The notes beneath the pieces were generated by a model that saw only the letters and a program-made list of their open reading frames with translations, was not told the origin of the DNA and did no database searches. The position numbers and the translations under genes are program-made. A DNA stretch of 64,000 nucleotides from NCBI GenBank assembly GCA_965261395.1, contig OZ253462.1, positions 1,856,001 through 1,920,000 of the forward strand, given 5' to 3'. Below, one piece after another: positions 39,029 to 49,417 of this stretch (positions are counted from its first letter, which is position 1; each line of letters opens with the position of its first letter). Source of the DNA: Candidatus Latescibacterota bacterium. Lineage in GTDB: Bacteria > Latescibacterota > UBA2968 > UBA8231.

Positions 39029-39780
39029 TGCGCTTCCGGCCCTGTATCGACCTGCACGAGGGGCGAGTCAAGCAGATCGTCGGCACCAGCCTACGCGACG
39101 GCATTGCCCCCCAAACCCACTTCATCGCCCCCCATCCTCCGGCTTACTTTGCGGCACGCTATGGCCGCGACCAGCTCTTCGGCGGCCACGTCATCATGCT
39201 CGGCCTAGGCAACGAGGACGCGGCCGCACAGGCATTGGCCGCCTTCCCCGAAGGCTTGCAAATCGGCGGCGGCATCCGCCCCGACAACGCCGCGGCTTGG
39301 CTCAGCCGTGGTGCCGCGCAGGTGATCGTCACTTCCTATGTCTTTAGCGACGGCCAGCTTCACCGTAGCCGATTGGCACACATGGTGGCTGCGGTGGGGC
39401 GCGAGCGACTGGTCTTAGACCTTAGTTGCAGCAAACGCGATGGGAGCTACGTGGTGATGACCAACCGCTGGCAAAAGGCCACGGACTTTGCGCTCAGCGC
39501 GGACAACTTGGCACTCCTCGCCGAGTCTTGCAGCGAATTCCTCATTCACGCCACCGGGGTCGAGGGCAAGCAGCAGGGAGTCGATGCCGAACTCGTCGCG
39601 CTCTTGGGCGAGATCGCGACGCTGCCGACGACGTATGCCGGCGGCGTGTGTAGCATCGCGGACATCGAGATTATCCGCCGGCTCGGCCAAGGGAAACTGG
39701 ATTTTACGGTGGGAGCAGCGCTGGATATTTTCGGAGGGACAGGGCTGCGCTACGAGGATATGGTATTGATTCGCGGTTAG
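39028..39780 (+). CDS. hisA: ProFAR isomerase, eukaryotic (His6)-type
   Basis: MRFRPCIDLHEGRVKQIVG, GGHVIMLG, LQIGGGI, LVLDLSC, TVGAALDIFGG. Confidence 0.9.
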   Translation: MRFRPCIDLHEGRVKQIVGTSLRDGIAPQTHFIAPHPPAYFAARYGRDQLFGGHVIMLGLGNEDAAAQALAAFPEGLQIGGGIRPDNAAAWLSRGAAQVIVTSYVFSDGQLHRSRLAHMVAAVGRERLVLDLSCSKRDGSYVVMTNRWQKATDFALSADNLALLAESCSEFLIHATGVEGKQQGVDAELVALLGEIATLPTTYAGGVCSIADIEIIRRLGQGKLDFTVGAALDIFGGTGLRYEDMVLIRG

Positions 39781-41114
39781 TGCCCAGACAGCTTAAACAG
39801 ATTGATCGCCGTAAAATTAATAATCGCCCAGATCGTAAACAGCAGTGCCAACTCGGTCCACAGCGACATCCGCTCGTCTTTGGGCACCCGCATCGCCAGA
39901 TGCAGCACCGCGTAGGCCATCGGGATCAGCAACAAATTGTTGGCATTGGCCCCTTTGAGTACAAAGTCGAGGGTGCGCGGATCGAACAATATGAAAAGCA
40001 GCCAGCCAAACGGGAAGCCAATTTGGAAAATGCGGATCCAGCGGCGGTAGCCCTCTTCTTCGGCGAGCGCGCTCACCCCTAGTTGTCGCAGAAAGTCGGC
40101 ACCGATCCGCCCCGAAGAAGCAGCGAAGACCAGCAGCGTGGAAAAAAGCGTGCAAAATCCCCCGAACATAAAGAGATAATACGCCCCGCCGCCGAGGCTC
40201 TCGGTGAAAATTAGCGAGACTTGCTCGACGACCTTCATGCCTTCGGGCAGGACTTGTAGCTGATTGAGCACCGACGCGCCCAGCAGGTAATACGCGCAAG
40301 TGACCGCCAGCGCAATGCCCGTACACACGCCCGCATCTGTGACCAAGACCCGCATCCAGCCCCGGTAGCGCGCCTGCCATTCGGGGCTATCGTCTTTTGG
40401 CCCGACGAAATCCGGGTAGCCTTTTTCCACGATCCAATAGGGATACATGAAAAGCTCGACTGCGGTTGCGCCGACCGACCCCATCACCGCAAGGGCCACA
40501 AACGCGCCTTCGGCTGGCATGGCAAAGCGGAAGCCCGAGGCGATTTGCGCGCTGCTGATTGCGTAGCTCGTACCTTGCAGTGCGAGCACCGAGCCGACGA
40601 CGACCAAGCTGAAGGTCGCCACCAGCACAGCGACCATTTTCTCCAAGTCGCCGTATAGCCCTCGCCACAGCAAAACCGACATGGCGAGGAAGATTACTAC
40701 CGCCCATATCTGTTCGGACGCAAAGGGGAAAACCGCGACCATCAGCCCGGCCACCGACCCCAAGATGCCGATGACGGCCACCGTCACCGAGAAGTAGCCT
40801 ACCACGCACAGCCAAGCGATCCACGAGGTGCCGCGCCAGCGCGCGCCCGGCACTTGGTCGAGGATTTGCACGGTACTGCTCTTGCGCAACAGGCACTGCC
40901 GGCCCAATTCGAGCTGAATCACAAATTTGACCAAACAGGCCAAGATCACGCCCCAGAGGAAGACAAAGCCGACCTCGGCTCCCATCCGCGTCGTCACCAA
41001 CAACTCGCCTGAGCCAACCACCGACCCAGAGACAACGACGCCGGGACCGATATTGCGTAAGAAGCCACCAAAATGAGTCGGGGCCTCGCGGATGCTGCTT
41101 TGCGTGCTGTCCAT
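39777..41114 (-). CDS. Nramp-like APC-superfamily transporter
   Basis: IGPGVVVSGSVVGSGELL, about 11 TMs, YPYWIVEKG. Confidence 0.8.
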   Translation of the reverse strand: MDSTQSSIREAPTHFGGFLRNIGPGVVVSGSVVGSGELLVTTRMGAEVGFVFLWGVILACLVKFVIQLELGRQCLLRKSSTVQILDQVPGARWRGTSWIAWLCVVGYFSVTVAVIGILGSVAGLMVAVFPFASEQIWAVVIFLAMSVLLWRGLYGDLEKMVAVLVATFSLVVVGSVLALQGTSYAISSAQIASGFRFAMPAEGAFVALAVMGSVGATAVELFMYPYWIVEKGYPDFVGPKDDSPEWQARYRGWMRVLVTDAGVCTGIALAVTCAYYLLGASVLNQLQVLPEGMKVVEQVSLIFTESLGGGAYYLFMFGGFCTLFSTLLVFAASSGRIGADFLRQLGVSALAEEEGYRRWIRIFQIGFPFGWLLFILFDPRTLDFVLKGANANNLLLIPMAYAVLHLAMRVPKDERMSLWTELALLFTIWAIINFTAINLFKLSGH

Positions 41115-41202
41115 GTATTGCGCTCCGTTTTGTCGTCTGGGGCCGCGAGCGTCTCGCCTGCAAAAGCGGCTTTAAGATAGGGACTTACTAACCGTTGGCC
41201 AC

Positions 41203-42027
41203 TCAAAAACCAGCCACAATCCCCCGCAACCCCTCGGCATATTGCCCAAGCACTGCATCGGCCCGATCGCCGCTGCCGCGCTTATAGATCACTTCCACCG
41301 AGCAATACCCAGCAAATCCAGCCTCAGCGAGTAGGCGCAGCGGCTCGGCGTGATCGAATACACCCGCGCCCAGCACATCGCTGACCTGCACCTTGCCATC
41401 GACGATCATCCCGTCGTGGGCGTGGATGTGGCGTGTGTGCGCGCCCAGCAGCCGGAAGCTCTCGGCTGGCTCTTCCAACATTCGCTGCGTGTGCATAAAA
41501 TCCCACAGTACCTGCAAATTCGGGTGCCCAGCCCGCTCGACGACCGCGCGCACCGGGGCCGAGCAGCACCAATCGTCATGCGTCTCCAGCAGCAACGTCA
41601 CACCGCGTCCAGCCGCCACAGGCAATACCTGCGCAAAACCCTCCACCACGTAATCGACGACCGCAGTCCATTCGCGGCTCCGGTCGCGCTGGCCGCCGAA
41701 AACCCGCATCAAGCCACAGCCCAAATCAGCCGCTAGGTCAATGTACTTTTTTACGTCCTCCACGTGCCCGGCCCGCTCCGCCGCGTCGGGCACCGCCATC
41801 CGCGCACCCGTAGCAATACAACAAATTTCCAAGCCCTCGTCTTCCATTCGCCGGCGAATTTCTCGCCGCTCTTTGGCCGCAAGCGCAGCCTCAATGCCGC
41901 AGGCATGATCCCACTCGACTCGCGGCTCAAATCCCTGATAGCCGTGCCGCTTCATGCCGGCGACGACCTCGTCCAAGGTCCAGTCCGGACATGCGCTGCT
42001 CATAGTCGCCAATCTGATCATTGTCAC
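41203..42027 (-). CDS. Sugar phosphate isomerase/epimerase (xylose isomerase-like TIM barrel)
   Basis: GYQGFE, RVFGG, LETHD, WDFMH, HIHAHD, SVE. Confidence 0.88.
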   Translation of the reverse strand: MTMIRLATMSSACPDWTLDEVVAGMKRHGYQGFEPRVEWDHACGIEAALAAKERREIRRRMEDEGLEICCIATGARMAVPDAAERAGHVEDVKKYIDLAADLGCGLMRVFGGQRDRSREWTAVVDYVVEGFAQVLPVAAGRGVTLLLETHDDWCCSAPVRAVVERAGHPNLQVLWDFMHTQRMLEEPAESFRLLGAHTRHIHAHDGMIVDGKVQVSDVLGAGVFDHAEPLRLLAEAGFAGYCSVEVIYKRGSGDRADAVLGQYAEGLRGIVAGF

Positions 42028-42134
42028 TTATTCTCCTCATTAGCGTTGCGGATTTAACGAATGGACAGGAGAGACGGGATTTTATTGTTTTATCCCATCC
42101 CATTTAAACACCCTCAATTGATGCAAGGCCCCTC

Positions 42135-43130
42135 ATGCAAATCGGCACTACCCTCACTCGCTTCATCATCGAAGAAGAGCGGCAGCACCCCGAAGCCACC
42201 GGCGAATTCACCGGCTTGCTCACCGACCTGAGCATTGCCGCCAAAATCATCGCCCGCGACGTCAACAAGGCCGGTCTCGCCGAGGTAATGGGCATCACCG
42301 GCCGCACCAACGTCCACGGCGAAGAGGTGCAAAAACTCGACGAGTTCGCCAATGCGCTCATCATCAGCACCACCGACCACACCGGGCGGCTGGCCGGCAT
42401 GGCCTCCGAAGAGATGGAAGACATTTACCCCATCCCGGAAAAACACCCGCGCGGCAACTACATCCTCGTCTTCGATCCGGTTGACGGCTCGTCCAATATA
42501 GACGTGAACGTCTCCATCGGCACCATCTTCTCCATCTACCGCAAGACAAGCACCGACAGCGTTGCCCACAGCGACTTCCTCCGCCGCGGCCGCGAGCAAG
42601 TCTGCGCCGGCTACATCATCTACGGCTCCAGCACTATGCTGGTTTATACCACCGGCAGCGGCAGCCACGGCTTTACCCTCGACCCAAGCCTCGGCGAATT
42701 TCTGCTTTCCAACGAGCACATCGAAATCCCCAGGAAAGGTCAGTACTACAGCGCCAACGAGGGCAATTATCCCAGGTGGGATGCGCCGGTGCGCCGCTAC
42801 GTCGATCAGCTCAAAGAAGGTCCGCAATCCTACTCGGCGCGCTACATCGGCTCGCTCGTGGCCGACTTCCACCGCAACCTGCTCAAGGGCGGCATCTTCC
42901 TCTACCCCGGCGACAGCAAGTCGCCCAACGGCAAGCTGCGGCTCTTGTACGAAGCGGCCCCTCTCGCCTTTGTCGTCGAACAAGCTGGCGGCGCGGCCTC
43001 CAACGGAACCCAGCCCATCATGGACTTGCAGGCGACCGAGCTGCACCAACGGACGCCGCTGTTCATCGGCAGCAGAGACGACGTGACCACACTGGAGCAA
43101 TTCGTGCGCGGCGAGCGGGGAACAGCGTGA
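42135..43130 (+). CDS. fbp: Class 1 fructose-1,6-bisphosphatase
   Basis: [44 protein letters not shown]. Confidence 0.96.
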   Translation: MQIGTTLTRFIIEEERQHPEATGEFTGLLTDLSIAAKIIARDVNKAGLAEVMGITGRTNVHGEEVQKLDEFANALIISTTDHTGRLAGMASEEMEDIYPIPEKHPRGNYILVFDPVDGSSNIDVNVSIGTIFSIYRKTSTDSVAHSDFLRRGREQVCAGYIIYGSSTMLVYTTGSGSHGFTLDPSLGEFLLSNEHIEIPRKGQYYSANEGNYPRWDAPVRRYVDQLKEGPQSYSARYIGSLVADFHRNLLKGGIFLYPGDSKSPNGKLRLLYEAAPLAFVVEQAGGAASNGTQPIMDLQATELHQRTPLFIGSRDDVTTLEQFVRGERGTA

Positions 43131-44267
43131 AAATCACGGCCATCAAACTCTCGGTTTTCGAGCTTCCAGCCACCACTCCCCTCTTCGATCTAGAGCGTGT
43201 CCCCTACGGCCATCGCACCCGCTGGCAGGCCTGCGGCCACCGCCGCGCCGAGGCTCCCATACACGTGCTGCACGTGCTGACCGACGAAGGCTTGGAGGGC
43301 GTCTGTACGGTCGGCGACGCCCGCTACCAGACCATGGCGCCGCGAAGAACTGGAGGCCCTGCGAATCATGGCTGTCGGCCAAGACCCGCTCGACCGCGAG
43401 CGGCTCGACGACAAGCTGCGCTGGGCTACCCGCTCGCTCTTTTCGCGCCCAGGCTGGCACGGGGCTTTCGACAATTGCCTCTGGGACATCGCCGGGCAAG
43501 CCGCCGGCCTCCCGGTCTGCGCCCTAATCGGCCGGGCGCGTCCGCGCTGCCGGGCCTATTACAACTTCCCCTCCGGCAGTTTCGACGCCGCCTTGGAAGG
43601 GGCGGACCAAGCGCTCGCAGCGGGCTTTGTGGCTCTCAAAGACCACTGGTCCGGCCTCCCGGACACCAACATCGCGTGGTCGCGTGCCATCCGCGATCAC
43701 GTCGGTCCCGACATCGATCTGTTGCACGACGCGGCCGGCAGCCCCTACACTCTGCGCGAAGCCCTGCGCGTTGGCCGCGCGTTGGAAGAACTCGACTACG
43801 GCTGGTTCGAGGAAGCGATTTCCGACCGCGACCTCCAAGGCTTGCAAACGCTGTGCGCCGAACTCGATATCCCAGTCATGGCCCTTGAGACCCTGATGCA
43901 CGACTACGAGATCTGCACCGCTTGGGTCCGCGCCGAGGCCACGGATCTCGTCCGCGCCAATGCCCGCCACGGCACCACGGCCACCCTCAAACTCGCCGAT
44001 TTAGCCGCTGCTTACCGAACCACCATCGAATTCAACGGCCCGGGCGGCCTTTTTGGTCTAGTCCACGCCCACCTAGTCTGCGCCCTGCAAAACACCACAT
44101 ACTACGAGTATTTCCCCGGTGGTAGCCGCGACGAAATCGGCCGCGAGATCGGCCTGCTCAATCCCCCGCTGCCCGTCGATGGCCACATCACGCCACCGGC
44201 TGGCCCCGGCTGGGGAGCCGAGTGGGACCGGGCTTATTTCGCCAAGAAGCGCGTGGCCGAATGGTAA
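43127..44267 (+). pseudogene. Mandelate racemase-family enzyme split by a +1 frameshift near 43337
   Basis: GTG start overlaps the fbp stop ([17 protein letters not shown]); removing one G in ATG-G-CGC joins it to 43368..44267 (LKDH, WFEE, PAGPGWG), giving 379 aa. Confidence 0.75.
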
Positions 44268-44344
44268 ATCGCCATTGGTTGAAGCCCGTGACCCTGTTCA
44301 CTAAGTTACGGAGCAGACACCCATCACTTAGGGAGTAACCCACC

Positions 44345-45055
44345 GTGAACCTCAACGCCGCCCAAGTCCACTCCTACCGCGCCCAAGGCTACCTCGTCGT
44401 GCCGGAGGTATTCGCTCCCGACCAAGCCGAGGCCATGATTGGGCACTACATGGAGCTGCGCGCCCAAGGCCCCCATCCGGGCGACAGCGGCGGTACCGAC
44501 GACCGACCCGACGATCCCAATCACACCTACCCGCGCATGATCAACATGCACGACTGGGACCCCGCCAGTGCCACTTGGGCCACCCGCCCCGATCTGCTCG
44601 CCGCGGTCGAACAACTCATCGACGACGAGCCTGTCCTGCGCCAGACGATGCTCTACTTCAAGCCACCCGGCGGCCGCGGACAGGGCCTGCACCAAGACGA
44701 GCAGTACATCACTACCAAACCGCTGATCGGCCTGTGGATCGCCCTCGACCCGTCCGATGCTGCCGTCGGCCAGATGGTCGTCGTCCCCGGCTCGCACGGC
44801 CAACTCCGGCCCGTTGAAGAGGCCGACACGTATGTTTCTTTCACCCGCGCTCAGAGCCAGCTACCTCCCGGGGCCGCAATCGTCGGCCTCGACATGGCTC
44901 CCGGCGACGGCCTCTTCTTCGACGGCAAAACCATCCACGGCTCCTACCCCAACCAGACCGCCAACCGCTGGCGGCGCAGTTTTATCAGCCACTATATCGG
45001 CAAACATGCCGAGCACTTCGAGCCGCCCCAAGGCTTTCACGTGGCGCACGTGTGA
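44345..45055 (+). CDS. Phytanoyl-CoA dioxygenase (PhyH) family Fe/2OG enzyme
   Basis: YRAQGYLVV, LHQD, WIALD, VVPGSH, IHGS..N. Confidence 0.9.
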   Translation: MNLNAAQVHSYRAQGYLVVPEVFAPDQAEAMIGHYMELRAQGPHPGDSGGTDDRPDDPNHTYPRMINMHDWDPASATWATRPDLLAAVEQLIDDEPVLRQTMLYFKPPGGRGQGLHQDEQYITTKPLIGLWIALDPSDAAVGQMVVVPGSHGQLRPVEEADTYVSFTRAQSQLPPGAAIVGLDMAPGDGLFFDGKTIHGSYPNQTANRWRRSFISHYIGKHAEHFEPPQGFHVAHV

Positions 45056-45064
45056 GACCCCGCC

Positions 45065-45877
45065 ATGGCCTTCGCCTTTTCCGACCACCACATCGACGAG
45101 TACCGTACGCAGGGCTACACGGTCTTCCACCAAATCCTGCCGCCCTCACTGGTCGCCGACCTACGCCGAGTCTGCGACCAGGCGCGGGACTTGGCTCGTC
45201 AACAGCGCGGCCCCCAAGCCCAGCGCTTGCAGCCGATTGCCGACTTTCCGCTCGACCAGCAGCCCCTCGCCGACTACGTCGCGCTCCCGGCGCTCAACGA
45301 CGCTCTGCACCGCTTGCTCTCGCCGGCGTTTCGCGTCGGCGGCCCGCAGGTCATGGGCGTGCTCTTCGAGCCAGCCGAGTGGCCTTGGTGTACCCACTGG
45401 CATCGCGACTGGCGCGACAATATGCCCGGCTTGGAGCTGGCGAGTTGGGACGAAAACTTTGCCGACGACCGCTACTTCAACCAAGTCAACTGCGCCCTGT
45501 ACGCTGACTCGTGCACGTGGGTCGTCCCCGGCAGCCACCTGCGCCGCGACCTACCGTGCGAAGTAGCGTGCTTCCCCGAGCGCCCCATCGCCACGCCCGA
45601 TCTCGAAGGACAATCCGCTACCGAACGCGAGTGGACCTGCCTCGGTTACACAAAAAGTATGCCCGGTGCCCGGCAGCTCTTCCTCGACGCCGGCGACTTC
45701 TGCCTCTACCGCAATACGCTATGGCACATCGGCAACTACGTGCCCTACGCCAAAAGGGCGACCCTGCACGACGCAGTAGATACCGACGAGTTTGTGGCGT
45801 GGCGCGACGAGACCTTGCGCCTAGTCCAAGCGCGGCGAGCGGCGGGACACGGGATGGAAAATCCCAATCATGGCTAA
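45065..45877 (+). CDS. PhyH family dioxygenase
   Basis: YRTQGY, WHRD, VVPGSH, LWHIG. Confidence 0.85.
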   Translation: MAFAFSDHHIDEYRTQGYTVFHQILPPSLVADLRRVCDQARDLARQQRGPQAQRLQPIADFPLDQQPLADYVALPALNDALHRLLSPAFRVGGPQVMGVLFEPAEWPWCTHWHRDWRDNMPGLELASWDENFADDRYFNQVNCALYADSCTWVVPGSHLRRDLPCEVACFPERPIATPDLEGQSATEREWTCLGYTKSMPGARQLFLDAGDFCLYRNTLWHIGNYVPYAKRATLHDAVDTDEFVAWRDETLRLVQARRAAGHGMENPNHG

Positions 45878-46193
45878 AAACAGCCGCCTCATATATTCCT
45901 CTGATACCGGCCGCGTAGCGCAGCAAAAAAAGCAAGATGCGGCACCCACCGGCGACGGCATCGCCCGCGTGCGCCGCGAGAAAAAGGGCCGCGGCGGCAA
46001 GACTGTCACCACGGTCTCGGGTCTGCGGCTGTCCGCAGCCGAACTGAAGGCCCTCGCCTCCGAACTCAAGCGCAAATGCGGCAGCGGTGGGTCGGTCGTC
46101 GATCGCGTAATAGAAATTCAGGGGGACAAAGTGGATGTCGTGCTCGCCGAGCTAGCCAAGCGCGGCTATCAGGCCAAGCGCGCGGGCGGCTGA
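45870..46193 (+). CDS. yciH: Translation initiation inhibitor YciH / SUI1 family
   Basis: LIYSSDTG, REKKGRGGKTVT, LKRKCGSGGSV, IEIQGD. Confidence 0.93.
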   Translation: MAKNSRLIYSSDTGRVAQQKKQDAAPTGDGIARVRREKKGRGGKTVTTVSGLRLSAAELKALASELKRKCGSGGSVVDRVIEIQGDKVDVVLAELAKRGYQAKRAGG

Positions 46194-46799
46194 TTACTCC
46201 AGCTCGAACACAAACGGCAGGCTGACCCACACCGGGACGGCGCGGTCGTTTTGCACAGCCGGCACGAACTCCCAAGCCTTGGCGGCCTGCGCCACCACGC
46301 GATGAAAGACCTGCGGCCCCTCGATGCGGTCGATGTGCTCGACCCGCCCCTCTCGACCCACCAACACCCGCGCAAAAACCTTGCCCTCCACCAGTGCTCT
46401 CCGCGCACTGTCGGGATAGGCCGGCATAACCTTCTTAAACACTTTCGGCGGCTGCTCCACCATCCACAACTCCGCGATTTCCTCTTCCGCCTCGAAAGGA
46501 AACTCGGTCACCACCACGGGTGGGGGCAGCTTATGCTCGCGCATGGGCCGCGCGTACGCCACCGGCTCGATGCGCCGGACCGGCGGCGGCGGTGGCAAGG
46601 GCAGCCGCATCTCCGTCTCAGGAACAAATTCCAGCTCGATAACCGCAGGCCGCTGCACGGGCCTGTTCGCGTCGAACACAATCTGCGGATCAATCGCCAC
46701 CACCGCGGCCAGCAACAAGACCACAAGCCCCGCCGAAGCCCACAGATCCCGCATGTAGGTTCGCTTGAGGTCTGCATCTTTGCTCTTCAGCCGGATCAT
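46194..46799 (-). CDS. TonB-family energy transducer (TM, Pro-rich linker, TonB_C)
   Basis: PPPPPP linker, PAYPDSARRALVEGKV, WEFVPA..VPVWVSLPFVF. Confidence 0.85.
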   Translation of the reverse strand: MIRLKSKDADLKRTYMRDLWASAGLVVLLLAAVVAIDPQIVFDANRPVQRPAVIELEFVPETEMRLPLPPPPPVRRIEPVAYARPMREHKLPPPVVVTEFPFEAEEEIAELWMVEQPPKVFKKVMPAYPDSARRALVEGKVFARVLVGREGRVEHIDRIEGPQVFHRVVAQAAKAWEFVPAVQNDRAVPVWVSLPFVFELE

Positions 46800-46812
46800 G
46801 CTGGCCTCGGCA

Positions 46813-48090
46813 TCAACTAGAGGGAGGAATTTGCTTGCCTTGCGGATCTTGCTCGGCGCTGATTTGCGCGTCCAACTCGGCGGCCAGCTCGCCGCCGATA
46901 AAGTGCTCAATCGCGTCGGCCGGGTCGTGGACGTGATCTTCGGGCAGGCCCAAATGGCTCATATAGGTCTCCCAAAGCCGGTGATGGCGCAACAAGCGCA
47001 GCGCGGTTTGTTGGCCCTTTGCCGACAATTCGACCACGCCATTCGCCTGTACCAGCAGTTGCCGCCGCTGCAGATTGCCAAACGCCAGCCGCGCCAGCAG
47101 ATTCCAAACGGCCGCCGCCGCTACCAGCTCGGCGGGCCGCAGCCCAGCGCCCTCGGCCTCCTTCTCCTTGCGCCGCACTAGCGCGAGCAGCATGTGATCT
47201 TGCGCCACTTGTAGCGACAGCCGCACGCGCTGATAGACCCGCGCCAGCACGCCCTGATTGGGTGAAAAAAGCAGGGAAAAGAGGAATATCCCGCCGATGA
47301 CCACCACCATAGCGCCGGCGATGGAGCTATTCCAGAAGCTGGCCAAAAAATAACCCGCCACGGCCGAGGCCATCCCAAAGAACACGGCCAACCCTATCAC
47401 CGCGATGAGCCGGTCGCTCCACAGGTAGGCGGCGGCTCCAGGCACGATCAGCATGGCCACGACCAAAATCGCGCCCACGGACTCAAACGACGCCACCGTG
47501 GTCAGCGCCACCAACCCCATCAACAGATAGTGCATCAGCGCGGCGTTGATCCCCACCGACATGGCCATGGCCGGATCGAACGCGGAGATCTTGAATTCCT
47601 TGTACAAGAGCGCGATCACAATCAGGTTAATCGCCAGCACCGCGCCCAATATCCACACCGGCCGCGGCCCCAGCGACTCGTCTTCCCACAGCAGCAGATC
47701 CCAGGGAGTATAGGCGATCTCGCCGTAGAGCACGCACTCCTGATCGAGATCCACTTGACCGGCATACGCGGTGATGATCACCACGCCCAGCGCGAAAAGC
47801 GCGGTAAACACAATGCCGATGGCCGCATCCTCTTGCACGCGCCACCGCCGGTGGAATGCCTCGACCAACAGCGTGGTCAACAAGCCGAAGGCGGCAGCAC
47901 CCAAAAACATCGGCAGCACCGCGCGGCTGCCCGACAACAGGAAGGCCACGGCGATCCCAGGCAGCACGGCGTGGCTCAAAGCGTCGCCCAACAGCGACAT
48001 CTTGCGCAGCACCAAGAAGGTGCCCAACAGGGCGCAGGACGCGGTGACCAACACGCCGGTGAGCACGATCCAGAAAGCACCTTCGATCAC
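46813..48090 (-). CDS. mntD: Mn/Zn/Fe ABC permease with C-terminal DtxR-like domain
   Basis: LLGDALSHAVLPG, ESVGAILVVAML, then RHHRLWETY...HDPADAIEH...DPQGKQIP; GTG start at 48090. Confidence 0.85.
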   Translation of the reverse strand: MIEGAFWIVLTGVLVTASCALLGTFLVLRKMSLLGDALSHAVLPGIAVAFLLSGSRAVLPMFLGAAAFGLLTTLLVEAFHRRWRVQEDAAIGIVFTALFALGVVIITAYAGQVDLDQECVLYGEIAYTPWDLLLWEDESLGPRPVWILGAVLAINLIVIALLYKEFKISAFDPAMAMSVGINAALMHYLLMGLVALTTVASFESVGAILVVAMLIVPGAAAYLWSDRLIAVIGLAVFFGMASAVAGYFLASFWNSSIAGAMVVVIGGIFLFSLLFSPNQGVLARVYQRVRLSLQVAQDHMLLALVRRKEKEAEGAGLRPAELVAAAAVWNLLARLAFGNLQRRQLLVQANGVVELSAKGQQTALRLLRHHRLWETYMSHLGLPEDHVHDPADAIEHFIGGELAAELDAQISAEQDPQGKQIPPSS

Positions 48091-49415
48091 TCGCGGCCTC
48101 CCCGGCGGTAGTGGCTGCCGGTGCCGTGGATATTGACGATCCGGGCCGGGTCTAGCCCTTGCTCGCGCTGGAGGATGTCCTCTAGCTGGGCGATGATTTC
48201 CGGCGTCAGCAAGTGCTCGACTTCGTCGGCGGGCCGATCCACGTGATCGGCGTCGAGTATGGCCCGGTAGTACAAATAGTGCTCCCACAAACGGTGTGAT
48301 TTGACCACGAAAAGCCCTTCCTCCGCGCCTAGGGCCATCAGGGCGAAACGCTCACTTTGATCGGATACTAGTCCCTTTTTGGCGAGCCGCCGCCCGAGGC
48401 GTTTGACCCGGTCCGGCGACAGGCCCATCTCAATGGCCAACTCCTCCACGGCCAAGGAGCGGCTCGTCCCCTGCTTCTCTTGCAGCTCGATGCAGGCGCG
48501 CAAAAAGTGCTGTCGGCTCTCGCGGTGGCTGTTGTGCCGCTGCCTGCGCCACCGCGCCAACACCCCTCGCCGAGGCGCAAAAAGAGCCGAGACCACAAAG
48601 CACAAGGTGGCGATGAGTACCATCACCGGGCCGGTGGGAATCCGCGGCACCAAGGAGCTGATGAAGGTGCCGACGATGCCCGACAACCCCCCGAAAGCAG
48701 CGGCGAGCAACACCATCTTGTGCAACTGCTCGGTCCAAAAGCGAGCTGCCACGGCGGGCGTGATGAGCATGGCCGCAATCAGCACCACGCCTACGGCCTG
48801 CAAGCCGACGATCACCGTCAGCGCGATCAACCCCATCAGCAAGGCGTCGATCCAGCGGGACGAGTAGCCGAGCGTCTGCAAAAAGTCCGCGTCGAAAATC
48901 AGCGCCTTGAACTCCTTAAAAAACAAGGCCAACGCGAGGATGATGAAGCCCGCCAGCACGCTCATTACGCGCAGGTCGTCATCCACCAGTGAGGCTGCCT
49001 GCCCAAAGAGGAACTTGTCCAAGCCGCTCTGATTGCCCGTGCCGACCCGCTGAACGTGGGTCAACAGCACGATCCCCACGCCAAAAAATACCGATAGCAC
49101 AATGCCGATGGCCGCATCCGCTTTGATGCGGGTAAAGTTGATGATGAACTGCATCACCAACACGCCGAGCACCCCGGAAATCGCCGCGCCCGTCAGCAGC
49201 ACCGGCAGGGCCTTGCTCCCAGTCCACAAATAGGCCAACGCTACCCCGGGCAAGGCCGCGTGCGCCAGCGCGTCGCCGACGAGGCTCCGCCGCCGCAACA
49301 CCGCAAACGACCCCAGCAACCCCCCGGTCGCGCCGATCAGCAGGGAGCCGATCAGCACGAAGCGCACGTTGGCGTCGGCCAAGCTCAAAAAGCGCAGGGC
49401 ATTTTCGACTAGCAT
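48087..49415 (-). CDS. mntC: Mn/Zn/Fe ABC permease with C-terminal DtxR-like domain
   Basis: SLVGDALAHAALPG, FLFGQAAS, LQAVGVVL, then SHRLWEHYL...ADEVEHLL. Confidence 0.85.
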   Translation of the reverse strand: MLVENALRFLSLADANVRFVLIGSLLIGATGGLLGSFAVLRRRSLVGDALAHAALPGVALAYLWTGSKALPVLLTGAAISGVLGVLVMQFIINFTRIKADAAIGIVLSVFFGVGIVLLTHVQRVGTGNQSGLDKFLFGQAASLVDDDLRVMSVLAGFIILALALFFKEFKALIFDADFLQTLGYSSRWIDALLMGLIALTVIVGLQAVGVVLIAAMLITPAVAARFWTEQLHKMVLLAAAFGGLSGIVGTFISSLVPRIPTGPVMVLIATLCFVVSALFAPRRGVLARWRRQRHNSHRESRQHFLRACIELQEKQGTSRSLAVEELAIEMGLSPDRVKRLGRRLAKKGLVSDQSERFALMALGAEEGLFVVKSHRLWEHYLYYRAILDADHVDRPADEVEHLLTPEIIAQLEDILQREQGLDPARIVNIHGTGSHYRRGGRE

Positions 49416-49417
49416 CG

